Shown piece after piece: positions 29,433-38,174 of a DNA stretch of 64,000 nt. How positions within the stretch are numbered: the first letter of the stretch is position 1; every line of letters begins with the position of its first letter. Source of the DNA: Chitinophagales bacterium (GTDB lineage: Bacteria; Bacteroidota; Bacteroidia; Chitinophagales; UBA10324); NCBI GenBank assembly GCA_044227805.1, contig JBGAWA010000003.1, forward strand, positions 16,153 to 80,152, written 5' to 3'. Position numbers and translations under genes: made by a program. The notes below the pieces were generated by a model, which did no database searches, was not told the origin of the DNA, and saw nothing but the letters and a program-made list of their open reading frames with translations.

Positions 29433-30257
29433 ATGAAAAAAATTTACTTGCTGATTGTACTCCTCTTTCCTTTCATCATCAGCTATGCGCAACTACCCAA
29501 ACTTATATTTGGAAATCCTGCGAATGTTTCCATCCTTAACTATAGTCCTGTCATCACGGTAGTGCAGTATGGTTCCGGCAATGCTTCAAAAGGCTTTGAT
29601 CTGAATACAGATGGTACAGAAGATATTAAGATAAATATTGAAAGAAAATTATCAGCACTATATGAATCCGCGTATGTTACTTTCTCCAATCCTGCAGCCG
29701 AAATTGCACTGAATAGTGGAGACAATGTAACCGTTGTGGCCTTTAAGCCGGGAGATTCCCTGTTTGCGGATCAATATTCATTTGACTTTGATGAATCAGC
29801 CTTTGATGGACCTGCCCTATACGTGAAAAACGGAGCCAACAGCTATGGTCAGTTTTCACTACCGGCATTCCGGTATTTGGCATTTCGTATTACCGCTACC
29901 GATACCTTGTATGGCTGGCTCCGGCTCAGCAGAACGGCAGATTTCAATACCGACAGCCTTGCCTACCATGTTGATCAACTCGCTTACCAGGGCGAGTTAA
30001 CTGATATTTTTCCTGTAGCGGAATTAAAGGATCTTCATATTTATCCAACCATCACCGATGATGCCGTGATGGTGGAAGCAAACGATTTTGTAAAATCCGA
30101 GGCAAGCATTTACACGTTAAGTGGCAAGTTATTGTATCGTTCCCCGCTTAAGCCGTCTCAAAACATTCTTCATTTGGCACCTTATCCGGCCGGCATGTAC
30201 CTGTTGGTAGTATCGTCTGCTTCAGGCAATCAAACGATCAAAGTAGTAAAACAATAG
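29433..30257 (+). CDS. Secreted protein with a T9SS C-terminal sorting domain
   Basis: Signal peptide MKKIYLLIVLLFPFIISYAQ. CTD (IYPTITDD...GMYLLVVSS...IKVVKQ). Confidence 0.75.
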   Translation: MKKIYLLIVLLFPFIISYAQLPKLIFGNPANVSILNYSPVITVVQYGSGNASKGFDLNTDGTEDIKINIERKLSALYESAYVTFSNPAAEIALNSGDNVTVVAFKPGDSLFADQYSFDFDESAFDGPALYVKNGANSYGQFSLPAFRYLAFRITATDTLYGWLRLSRTADFNTDSLAYHVDQLAYQGELTDIFPVAELKDLHIYPTITDDAVMVEANDFVKSEASIYTLSGKLLYRSPLKPSQNILHLAPYPAGMYLLVVSSASGNQTIKVVKQ

Positions 30258-30308
30258 CTACTGGCCGGTTGGTGAAAATTTGATAGATTCGCTTCCGCCA
30301 ACACATTT

Positions 30309-32024
30309 GTGAGAAGACAATGGTTCATATGGAATATTGCAATGGCGATGCTGTTGATGATCTGTCCATTGTATTCGTCATCTCAGGGATGCAGTTCCGC
30401 CAGCGGTGCCAACTACAAAGGTATCCTTGTTCCCACCAGTACTTTTCAGTCTATCGCTTCCGTCACCGCCGGCGACTATTGGAAATTTGATGGCGCCACC
30501 TGCAATAAATATGTGTTTTCTTTTTGCCCTGCCGATGGTGGTGTTGTTTCCTGGAATACCGAACTCACAGTGGATGATAACTCCGGCGCCGCAAATACCG
30601 GAGGCTACAATGATGATTACTGTTCGGTTAAGTCATATGTTGAATGGATGCCGTCCACCAATTCGACCTACCGTATCTATATCACGAAAACAGGTTGTTC
30701 CAACACCAGCGCCTCTTCCGGCACACTGATGTACAAAATGATTCCGCAAAACACCGTCACCTCTGAGTATGCTTTGGTGGGTACTGCCGTGGCTCCTTCC
30801 GGCTGTGCAACGCTTACTGCGAACGCAACCGGTAATATCGGGTGTGCCTGGGATGTAAATTCAACACTCGATTTCAGTGCTTCCTTCAGTTATGATTTTA
30901 CGGTAAATCTTGGAACTGCTGATGACGGTGCCGATGGAATCTCATTCATCATGCAACATGATCCACTCGGCTTATGTGCCTGTGGCACTTCCGGTGGTGG
31001 AATGGGTGCCGGTGGCATCACCAATAGCGTGATTGTTGAACTGGATACGTACCTCAACTATGAGGACCGTGATGATGGTCTGCCCGGCGTGCTTTGTTCC
31101 GGTGGACCAACCCCGGACCATATTGACTTATGGCTGAATGGCAATGTTAACCCGACGGGCGTCTGTGGCAGCACGGTGGGCGCCCGTATCATTCCATCTG
31201 CAGTCGCATTGATGAATGGTGCGGCATTGTATAATATCGAAAACGGGCTCGATCATATATTGCGCATCAGTTGGATTCCTGCCGGATCCACCGGAACACT
31301 CACTGTCAGTGTGCTGAATAACGGCGGCACCATCACTTACGGCACCTTTTCTTATACTTTCAACCCGCTAACGGTCTTTGGAACGCAAACACCGTATTAT
31401 GGTTTTACCGCATCAACCGGTGCGTTAAGCAATCAGCAGTCCGCCTGTCTTTCTCCGCTTTTACTGCCTGTCGACCTGGTATCCTTCACCGCTTCCTGTG
31501 AGCAGGGAAAAGAAGTGCTGTTGCAGTGGCAAACGCTTTCTGAAATCAACAATGAATATTTTTTAGTTGAACGGTCGGAAGACGGTATTCATTTCCGGGA
31601 AGTCACAAAATTGCCGGGCGCAGGTACTTCCTCGGTGATCAGACAATATAGCTGGTCAGATAAGAGTCCGGTTGCCGGACTTGCCTACTACCGGCTGGTA
31701 CACCTTGCTTACAATGGGAATAAAATATATTCACCGGCCATCAGCACTTCCTGTGATCAATTCACCGAACCGTCCATGAATGCTTATAGTGATGGAAACG
31801 GTTACCTGGCGATAACGCTGACGGACCAGGCTATTACGGAAGGCACTTTCCGGCTTTTTGATATCAACGGTAGAGCATTAATCAGCATGCCATTCGATAA
31901 TCAGGATGTTGTCGACAATACCACACTGAAAGTAAAAACGGGAAAATTGCCGGAGGGCATTTACCTGGTGACCTTAACAAACCACCGCCAGTTTTATTGC
32001 CGGTCGGTGCCACTGCTCTATTGA
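30309..32024 (+). CDS. L-type (legume-like) lectin-domain protein with a T9SS C-terminal domain
   Basis: Lectin signatures DGADGISFIMQ and VIVELDTYLN. CTD at the C-terminus (GIYLVTLTN). The start could instead be the ATG at 30342. Confidence 0.7.
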   Translation: MRRQWFIWNIAMAMLLMICPLYSSSQGCSSASGANYKGILVPTSTFQSIASVTAGDYWKFDGATCNKYVFSFCPADGGVVSWNTELTVDDNSGAANTGGYNDDYCSVKSYVEWMPSTNSTYRIYITKTGCSNTSASSGTLMYKMIPQNTVTSEYALVGTAVAPSGCATLTANATGNIGCAWDVNSTLDFSASFSYDFTVNLGTADDGADGISFIMQHDPLGLCACGTSGGGMGAGGITNSVIVELDTYLNYEDRDDGLPGVLCSGGPTPDHIDLWLNGNVNPTGVCGSTVGARIIPSAVALMNGAALYNIENGLDHILRISWIPAGSTGTLTVSVLNNGGTITYGTFSYTFNPLTVFGTQTPYYGFTASTGALSNQQSACLSPLLLPVDLVSFTASCEQGKEVLLQWQTLSEINNEYFLVERSEDGIHFREVTKLPGAGTSSVIRQYSWSDKSPVAGLAYYRLVHLAYNGNKIYSPAISTSCDQFTEPSMNAYSDGNGYLAITLTDQAITEGTFRLFDINGRALISMPFDNQDVVDNTTLKVKTGKLPEGIYLVTLTNHRQFYCRSVPLLY

Positions 32025-32096
32025 TCACATTCTGCAACACGGTTGCAAAATATCCCTGCATTAGTGAATTACGTATCTTCCAAAAAACCAGCACTG

Positions 32097-32609
32097 ATGA
32101 AGGAGTATGCATTTGTAACCATATGGAAACTGAAAAACACCTCCCTGGAAGAAGCCTGGAAAGCGATTAAGGCAGTAGATGAATGGCCGCAATGGTGGAA
32201 AGGCGTCATCAGCGTTACCTCGATAAAGGAAGGAGATGCGGAGAGCATTGGTAAGATCTCACAGTTCACTTTTAAATCTGTTTTACCCTATCGGCTGGTA
32301 TTTCGTTCCGAGCTGATTCATATCCAGCATCTCCACACCATGACAGGTAAAGCCAGCGGTGAACTGGAAGGAACCGGCACCTGGACATTCCGGGAGGAAG
32401 CGGACATCGTTTGCATTCAATACAACTGGAATGTAAGAACGACTCGCACCTGGATGAATGTGTTTGCTCCTTTGCTGAAGCGAACTTTCCAATGGAATCA
32501 TGATGTGGTGATGCGGTGGGGATTGAATGGTCTTGCAAAAAAACTGCATGCCACTATTGTGTCAGATGATGAACCCGCATTTAGCGGTTCCAAGTGGAAA
32601 CAGGTATAA
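32097..32609 (+). CDS. SRPBCC / polyketide-cyclase-like family protein
   Basis: About 170 aa. The pattern WKAIKAVDEWPQWWKGV...G.G.W.F is typical of SRPBCC (Polyketide_cyc2) proteins. I moved the start to M19. Confidence 0.6.
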   Translation: MKEYAFVTIWKLKNTSLEEAWKAIKAVDEWPQWWKGVISVTSIKEGDAESIGKISQFTFKSVLPYRLVFRSELIHIQHLHTMTGKASGELEGTGTWTFREEADIVCIQYNWNVRTTRTWMNVFAPLLKRTFQWNHDVVMRWGLNGLAKKLHATIVSDDEPAFSGSKWKQV

Positions 32610-32654
32610 TCCAGTTTCTTATTTGAACGTTACAATGCACAATAACTTTGGAAA

Positions 32655-33098
32655 ATGAAGCGACATCCTGTGCTGGCCAATCTATCGCGCGATCATCATC
32701 GGGCATTAATCACCGCTCAAAGCATGAAGAAAGGTGCGCCCGCTTTCCGCGGACTTCCTGTATTGCTGCAAGGGAAGCGTGAATACATGATTCGATTTTT
32801 CAACGATGAACTGAAAAAGCATTTTCAGGAAGAAGAAACAGTGTTGTTTCCTTTCGCGAAAGAAATGAACCCTGAAATGATAGAATTGATTGATGAGCTG
32901 ATTGGTGATCACCGTGCAATGGAACTATTGATACACAAAATTGAAATCGGGGAAGAGGTGGAGTTGTACCTTGATGAGATTGGCCGGTTGCTTGAAACAC
33001 ACATCCGTAAAGAAGAAAGAATTTTCTTTCAGCAATTGCAGGAAAAATTGTCGGACATACAGTTTCACGAACTCCAACAGCGGTTTATAAAAAATTAG
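32655..33098 (+). CDS. Hemerythrin-domain protein
   Basis: The spacing SRDHHRAL...H...E......DH...E...H..KEE is typical of a hemerythrin HHE cation-binding domain. Confidence 0.65.
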   Translation: MKRHPVLANLSRDHHRALITAQSMKKGAPAFRGLPVLLQGKREYMIRFFNDELKKHFQEEETVLFPFAKEMNPEMIELIDELIGDHRAMELLIHKIEIGEEVELYLDEIGRLLETHIRKEERIFFQQLQEKLSDIQFHELQQRFIKN

Positions 33099-33133
33099 CC
33101 CTGCCATTTTATGAATAGCTTCCCGTTTAGATT

Positions 33134-33290
33134 AATCCCACATTTTGCAGTTCAAAGCGGCAACGGGTTTAACCCCGACGTAGAACTGCTTAGGGTTTGT
33201 GAAACATTTTCTTTTCTCGACAAATTGAGCAAACCCTTAGCAGTTCTGAGTCGCAGCGAAGCGGGATTTTTCCACTGAAAAATCCGGGTT
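33134..33290 (+). repeat. Long copy A of the hairpin-ended repeat family (157 bp)
   Basis: 5' tip AATCCCACATTTTGCA. 3' end CGGGATTTTTCC-actg-AAAAATCCGGGTT. The reverse complement of the 3' tip (AACCCGGATTTTTCA) resembles the 5' tip, giving TIR-like ends. About 95% identical to copy B. Confidence 0.9.
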
Positions 33291-33553
33291 AATGCTGTTG
33301 CAATACTATCCTGCCGTGACACCGTAATTAACCCGGGTTGTTAAAAAGAATAATGCAGCTTCATCGGAGACCATTCGATGCAGGTAAAAAAACACGGTGT
33401 TGCCTGCTGGCTGTGAGGCCGTATTTTTCCTGAGAAATAGGCATATTGCTGCGCGTGGTTAACCTCTCCAGGGATTTATTCTCTTCCGCACTAAAATTTT
33501 GAAATAATCTTCCTTTACCTATATTAACAGGAGCAAATCATAACACGGTGATT

Positions 33554-36370
33554 ATGTACAAACGCCTCACGCTTTTCCTGTTCATCATAATGCTGGCACA
33601 GCAGACTATCGCACAAACGATAAGCGGTATTGTTAAGGATGCACAAACAGGAGAGGCCCTTATTGGAGCCAATGTGGTGGTGAAAGGTTCAAACAATGGA
33701 ACCGTGACGGATGAAGACGGTAAATTTTCACTGGATATTGCTCAGTCCTTTCCGGTTACTTTGATCGTTACTTATCTCGGTTACCTGCATAATGATGTTA
33801 CGGTAAAAGATGGCAACAATACAATCACCATTAAATTAATGGCGGACAAGGTGATATTAAATGAGGTGCAGGTCACCGGCAGCCGCCTGTCAGAAAAGCA
33901 AAAGGAGTCGCCATTGACTGTTGAATCCATGGATCAGCTTGCCATCCGGCAAACGCCGGCGTTTAATTTTTACGAAGGACTGGGGCAACTGAAAGGAGTG
34001 GATGTTACATCAGCAAGTTTAGGATTTAAAATCATCAATACGCGCGGCTTTAACTCCACATCACCGGTGCGTTCATTGCAGATTATTGATGGTGTAGATA
34101 ACCAGGCACCGGGGCTCAGTTTTTCACTCGGTAATTTTTTAGGCGCTCCTGACCTTGATGTTTTGAAAGTGGATCTTGTGGTGGGCGCCAGCTCTGCCTT
34201 TTATGGCCCGAATGCCTTTAACGGCGTAATCAGCATGACCACCAAAGATCCGTTTCAGACACCCGGATTTTCCATTTCGCTGAAAGGAGGCGAGCGCAAT
34301 TTGTTTGAAGGCGCTATACGATGGGACCAGGTGATCAGGAATAAAATCGGCATCGAAAAATTCGCCTACAAGATCAATGGGTTTTTTCTGCGGGCCAACG
34401 ATTGGGAAGCCACTAACCTCGATCCTGTCTTTGGAACGCAGGATGATCAGGATAATCCGGGCGGATACGATGCCGTGAACCGCTATGGTGATGAGTTCTA
34501 TTTTGCGCATGACTATTCAAAAAGTATTGCTGCCTATCCCGGGCTGGGAAGATTTTACAGGACAGGTTATCTCGAAACAGATATGGTGGACTACGACACC
34601 CGTAATTATAAATTGACCGGTGCATTTCATTACCGGCTGCGAAAAGATCTGCAGCTCATTTACGCATCCAACTTCGGGTCTGGTACTACGGTGTACCAGG
34701 GCGATAACCGTTATTCACTGAAAGGAATCTTGTTTTTTCAAAACAGGATTGAGCTGCAGCAGAAGGATAAATTTTTTATCCGTGCTTATGCCACAAATGA
34801 AAATGCGGGAAAGTCTTATGATGCCTACTTTACCGCACTCTTGCTCGAGCGCGGAGCCAAGGGTGACGTTGACTGGGGCACAGACTATTTTACAAATTAT
34901 TCAACACAGGGCGTGCCTGTTATCAGGAACCTTCCCGGCTATCCCACGTATGTTTTTGATCCTGATAACCCAAATGGCTACCAGGAATACATTGACAGTA
35001 TCAGCAGCCTGCTTACCAATTATGTTCCGCTGATTGATTCACTGCATAACAACGCCGAGAATTATGCGAACAACCAAAGCATCAGCCCGGGGCAGCATGC
35101 CTTTTACGTTCCGGGAACTGCCGCCTTTGATTCAGCTTTCAACTACATCACCTCGCATGAATCTTATGCAGAAGGCGGCTCAAAGTTCTTTGATAAGTCG
35201 GCACTTTATCATGTACATGGTGAATATAAATTCACTCCACGCTTCATGCACATTACCATCGGTGCCAACTACAGAATGTACCGGCCGAATTCGCATGGTA
35301 CAATCTTCAGTGATACGGGCGGAATAAAGATTACTAATTCAGAATATGGCATTTATGCAGGGGTTGAAAAAAGATTCCTTGACAGCCTCCTGAAGATTAA
35401 CGCAACACTTCGTATGGATAAGAATGAGAATTACGATGCCTTGTTTTCTCCTGCCGTTTCCGCGGTTTACACGCTGAATAAAAGTGTATTCAGGGCGTCT
35501 TTCTCCTCCGCGATCCGCAACCCTACACTGGCGGATCAATATCTTTACTACAATGTTGGCCGCGCGATCCTCGTGGGCAATCTTAATGGATTTGATTCGC
35601 TGGTTACCACTGAATCGTTACTTGATTTCATCAATACCCAGAAATATGATACGCTGAACTTCTTTACTGTAAACCCAATCCGGCCCGAACAGGTAAAAAG
35701 CATTGAAGTGGGTTACCGTGCATCATTGTTTCAGCATTTATATGTTGACATGAGTTATTATTACAGTTGGTATCGTTACTTTATCGGCTACAAGCTGGGA
35801 GCGGTGATTGATTACAACGAGATTTTTAATCGCCTGAATGGTTTCCAGGTTTATCGTGTGGCGGCCAATACCGAAGACCAGGTTACCACTACCGGATTTT
35901 CTGTTGGCCTGAATTACTACTTCCAAAAATCATATTCTATCAATGGTAACTATTCTTATAACAAGCTGAACCGGCAGGGTTCTACCGACCCCATTATCCC
36001 GGCCTTCAACACGCCGGAAAATAAATTCAACATGGGCATCAGCGGTCGCGATATCAACGTTAATATTGGGCTTTTCAATAGTCTATGGGACAAACTGCCT
36101 GTGATTCCGTTCAACAATTACGGATTCAGTATCAATTACAAATGGGTGGAAGGATTCCTGTATGAAGGGTCGCCGCAATTTACCGGAGAGGTGCCCACCT
36201 ATGGCAAGGTGGATGTGCAGGTGAATAAGGAAATCCCTAAGATTTACATGAACCTTAAGATTGGCGCATCGAACATACTCAACAATAAAAAGTTTGAGGT
36301 GTATGGCGGCCCGTATGTAGGACGCATGGCCTATATTCAGGTGTTATTTGATTTTGCAAAGTTGCGTTGA
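33554..36370 (+). CDS. TonB-dependent receptor with an N-terminal carboxypeptidase-regulatory-like domain
   Basis: Signal peptide. CarbopepD_reg (ISGIVKDAQTGEALIGANVVVKGS...). Plug domain. A long beta-barrel ending in an aromatic-rich C-terminus. Confidence 0.9.
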   Translation: MYKRLTLFLFIIMLAQQTIAQTISGIVKDAQTGEALIGANVVVKGSNNGTVTDEDGKFSLDIAQSFPVTLIVTYLGYLHNDVTVKDGNNTITIKLMADKVILNEVQVTGSRLSEKQKESPLTVESMDQLAIRQTPAFNFYEGLGQLKGVDVTSASLGFKIINTRGFNSTSPVRSLQIIDGVDNQAPGLSFSLGNFLGAPDLDVLKVDLVVGASSAFYGPNAFNGVISMTTKDPFQTPGFSISLKGGERNLFEGAIRWDQVIRNKIGIEKFAYKINGFFLRANDWEATNLDPVFGTQDDQDNPGGYDAVNRYGDEFYFAHDYSKSIAAYPGLGRFYRTGYLETDMVDYDTRNYKLTGAFHYRLRKDLQLIYASNFGSGTTVYQGDNRYSLKGILFFQNRIELQQKDKFFIRAYATNENAGKSYDAYFTALLLERGAKGDVDWGTDYFTNYSTQGVPVIRNLPGYPTYVFDPDNPNGYQEYIDSISSLLTNYVPLIDSLHNNAENYANNQSISPGQHAFYVPGTAAFDSAFNYITSHESYAEGGSKFFDKSALYHVHGEYKFTPRFMHITIGANYRMYRPNSHGTIFSDTGGIKITNSEYGIYAGVEKRFLDSLLKINATLRMDKNENYDALFSPAVSAVYTLNKSVFRASFSSAIRNPTLADQYLYYNVGRAILVGNLNGFDSLVTTESLLDFINTQKYDTLNFFTVNPIRPEQVKSIEVGYRASLFQHLYVDMSYYYSWYRYFIGYKLGAVIDYNEIFNRLNGFQVYRVAANTEDQVTTTGFSVGLNYYFQKSYSINGNYSYNKLNRQGSTDPIIPAFNTPENKFNMGISGRDINVNIGLFNSLWDKLPVIPFNNYGFSINYKWVEGFLYEGSPQFTGEVPTYGKVDVQVNKEIPKIYMNLKIGASNILNNKKFEVYGGPYVGRMAYIQVLFDFAKLR

Positions 36371-36407
36371 CAGAACAAGGGATTCTTCATCTTACATTTT
36401 TCAGTTC

Positions 36408-36583
36408 AACCCGGATTTTTCTGTGGAAAAATCCCGCTTCGCTGCGACTTATAACTGCTAAGGATTTGCTCAATTTGTCAAGAAAAGAAAATGTTTCGCA
36501 AACCCTAAGTAGTTCTACGTCGGGGTTAAACCCGTTGCCGCTTTGAACTGCAAAATGTGGGTTTAAATTGCAAAATGTGGGTT
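36408..36583 (-). repeat. Long copy B of the hairpin-ended repeat family (176 bp), inverted relative to copy A
   Basis: Its reverse complement matches copy A with 7 substitutions, plus a ~20-bp tandem duplication of the CCCACATTTTGCA tip (36551-36583). Confidence 0.9.
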
Positions 36584-36739
36584 CAAATTCGTATCGCGGC
36601 AGCATCTTTCCAGTGCAAAATCCGGGGATCACACCAGCCAGCCACAGGACATAAAAAAAATCCGCACGTAAATTTTACCGTGCGGATCTTTCAATATATT
36701 CAACATCTCTTCCTGATCAGGGGAGAGAAAAATCAGCGC

Positions 36740-37084
36740 TCATTTTACAGAAGCTACAATAGCCTTGAAGGCCGGCATATCATTCATTGCCAGGTCAGCA
36801 AGGGTTTTGCGGTTGAGCAACACATTGGCATTCTTTAGTTTTGAAATGAATACCGAATAGCTCATCCCTTCTTCACGGATTGCGGCATTAATACGGGCGA
36901 TCCAGAGAGCCCGGTAATCGCGCTTTTTCTGTTTTCTGCCCTGATAGGCATACACCATTGATTTTTCAACGGCATTCTTGGCTACAGAAGTTACATTTTT
37001 CCGTTTGCCAAAATATCCTTTCGCCTGGGAAAACATCCGCTTGCGGCGGGCGCGGGAGGCAACACTATTTACTGAACGTGGCAT
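36740..37084 (-). CDS. rplT: 50S ribosomal protein L20
   Basis: [16 protein letters not shown]...[12 protein letters not shown] is the canonical L20 sequence. Confidence 0.95.
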   Translation of the reverse strand: MPRSVNSVASRARRKRMFSQAKGYFGKRKNVTSVAKNAVEKSMVYAYQGRKQKKRDYRALWIARINAAIREEGMSYSVFISKLKNANVLLNRKTLADLAMNDMPAFKAIVASVK

Positions 37085-37103
37085 AATAAAAAATTTAAAA
37101 AAG

Positions 37104-37298
37104 TCAGATTAAGAGCATTTTCTTCACATTAGCCATATTGGTGGAATCAACCAGGCCGGATTTTCCGAGCTGCTTCTTCCTGTCATGAGCCTTCTTGGTG
37201 AGAATATGGCGCTTATACGCTTTCTTGCGTTTCACTTTTCCGGTGCCGGTAAGCTTGAAACGCTTTTTGGCACTCGAATTTGTCTTCATTTTAGGCAT
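37104..37298 (-). CDS. rpmI: 50S ribosomal protein L35
   Basis: [36 protein letters not shown] is the canonical L35 sequence. Confidence 0.95.
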   Translation of the reverse strand: MPKMKTNSSAKKRFKLTGTGKVKRKKAYKRHILTKKAHDRKKQLGKSGLVDSTNMANVKKMLLI

Positions 37299-37414
37299 TG
37301 CTGCAAAATTAGGGACGGCAAAGATAGTAATATTCTCTTCACAAGGAAGAAATCTGCAAATATTCCGTACATCGGATTATTCTTCTCTGGCAGTCACCGC
37401 TAACTGCTGAAGGC

Positions 37415-37957
37415 TTATTTTCCTTTTTGAGACTTGGGATTGATGAGGATAGACATGCGGTTACCTTCCAGTTTAGGAAGTTGCTCCAGCGTGCCTACTT
37501 CCGTAAGCCGCTCAACAAATTTGAGCAGCAGCAGCTCGCCGCGCTCTTTAAACAGGATATTCCTGCCGCGGAACTGCACATAGGCTTTTACCTTGGCGCC
37601 TTCCTGCAGAAACCGCTCGGCGTGCCGTGTTTTGAATTCAAAATCATGCTCATCGGTATTGGAGGTAAAACGGATTTCTTTCAATACACTCTTCACGGCC
37701 TTCGCCTTCATCTCCTTTTCTTTCCGCTTTTTGTCGTAGAGAAATTTGTTGTAGTCGATAATGCGGCAAACAGGCGGACTAGCGGTGGCTGCAATTTCCA
37801 CCAGGTCAAGGCCCTGTTCTTCAGCCATACTTAATGCTTCCCGGGAAGTGAATACGCCATTGGGAACATTGTCTCCCACCAGTCGAACCTGCGGGGCGTG
37901 CACAAGGCGGTTAATACGGTGTTCGAGTTCTCTGGGTTTTCTGCGGTCTAATGCCAA
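37415..37957 (-). CDS. infC: Translation initiation factor IF-3
   Basis: RINRLVHAPQVRLVGDN...VEIA...PPVCRIIDYNKF...IRF are the IF3 N and C domains. There is no in-frame ATG. TTG at 37957 or ATT at 37966 are the start candidates. Confidence 0.9.
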   Translation of the reverse strand: MALDRRKPRELEHRINRLVHAPQVRLVGDNVPNGVFTSREALSMAEEQGLDLVEIAATASPPVCRIIDYNKFLYDKKRKEKEMKAKAVKSVLKEIRFTSNTDEHDFEFKTRHAERFLQEGAKVKAYVQFRGRNILFKERGELLLLKFVERLTEVGTLEQLPKLEGNRMSILINPKSQKGK

Positions 37958-38136
37958 TCGATTAATGTTTTCGTTAAAAAATGATGAATAGCTTATTGAT
38001 AAGCAACGAAGGTAGCAAGTTCCAAATTACTACCTATAGTTGCGAATAATTCTTTGTACCACAAACACATTTTCCTCAGCAGGCGACGGTTAGTTATTGA
38101 TATAGGACAGCCGGCATTTGATCAAAAGAAATCACA

Positions 38137-38155
38137 GGTTTGAAATTTCAAAACC
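38137..38155 (-). terminator. Imperfect hairpin followed by a T-rich tract between thrS and infC (possible attenuator or terminator)
   Basis: The minus strand reads GGTTTTGAAATTTCAAACC followed by tgtgatttctttt, about 20 nt after the thrS stop. Confidence 0.3.
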
Positions 38156-38174
38156 AAAGCGGTGCGCCTGGCGC

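Noticed and set aside
33150-33250. Riboswitch-like alternative pairing in copy A. GCAGTTC (33148) / GAACTGC (33183) / GCAGTTC (33241) would allow either a short 5' helix or a 17-bp long hairpin (GAACTGCTTAGGGTTTG ... CAAACCCTTAGCAGTTC).
   Set aside because: The substitutions in copies B and C (gaactAc, gcagttA, gaactgG) break these pairings without compensation. The long helix is therefore not conserved.
33111-33287. The long repeats might encode a small protein. This would be a 55-aa ORF in copy A (MNSFPFRLIPHFAVQSGNGFNPDVELLRVCETFSFLDKLSKPLAVLSRSEAGFFH) and the 81-aa track ORF 36387..36632 in copy B.
   Set aside because: Tempting, because 3 of the 7 A/B substitutions are synonymous third positions in this frame (ctg/cta, tgt/tgc, ctc/ctt). 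However, copy C has a 1-nt deletion, copies D and E have in-frame stops (ttg TAG; agt TAA), and the stop position differs between A and B. Seven substitutions are far too few for a dN/dS argument. I treat it as non-coding unless a genome-wide alignment shows frame conservation.
33300-33547. TPP or cobalamin riboswitch upstream of the TonB-dependent receptor (a CTGAGA hexamer at 33430-33435 caught my eye).
   Set aside because: The rest of the THI-box core is absent (GGGGTGC..., ACCTGATCTGGATAATGCCAGCG-like pyrophosphate-sensor helix), and I found no B12-box-like element. The CTGAGA alone is not meaningful. A cmscan would be decisive.
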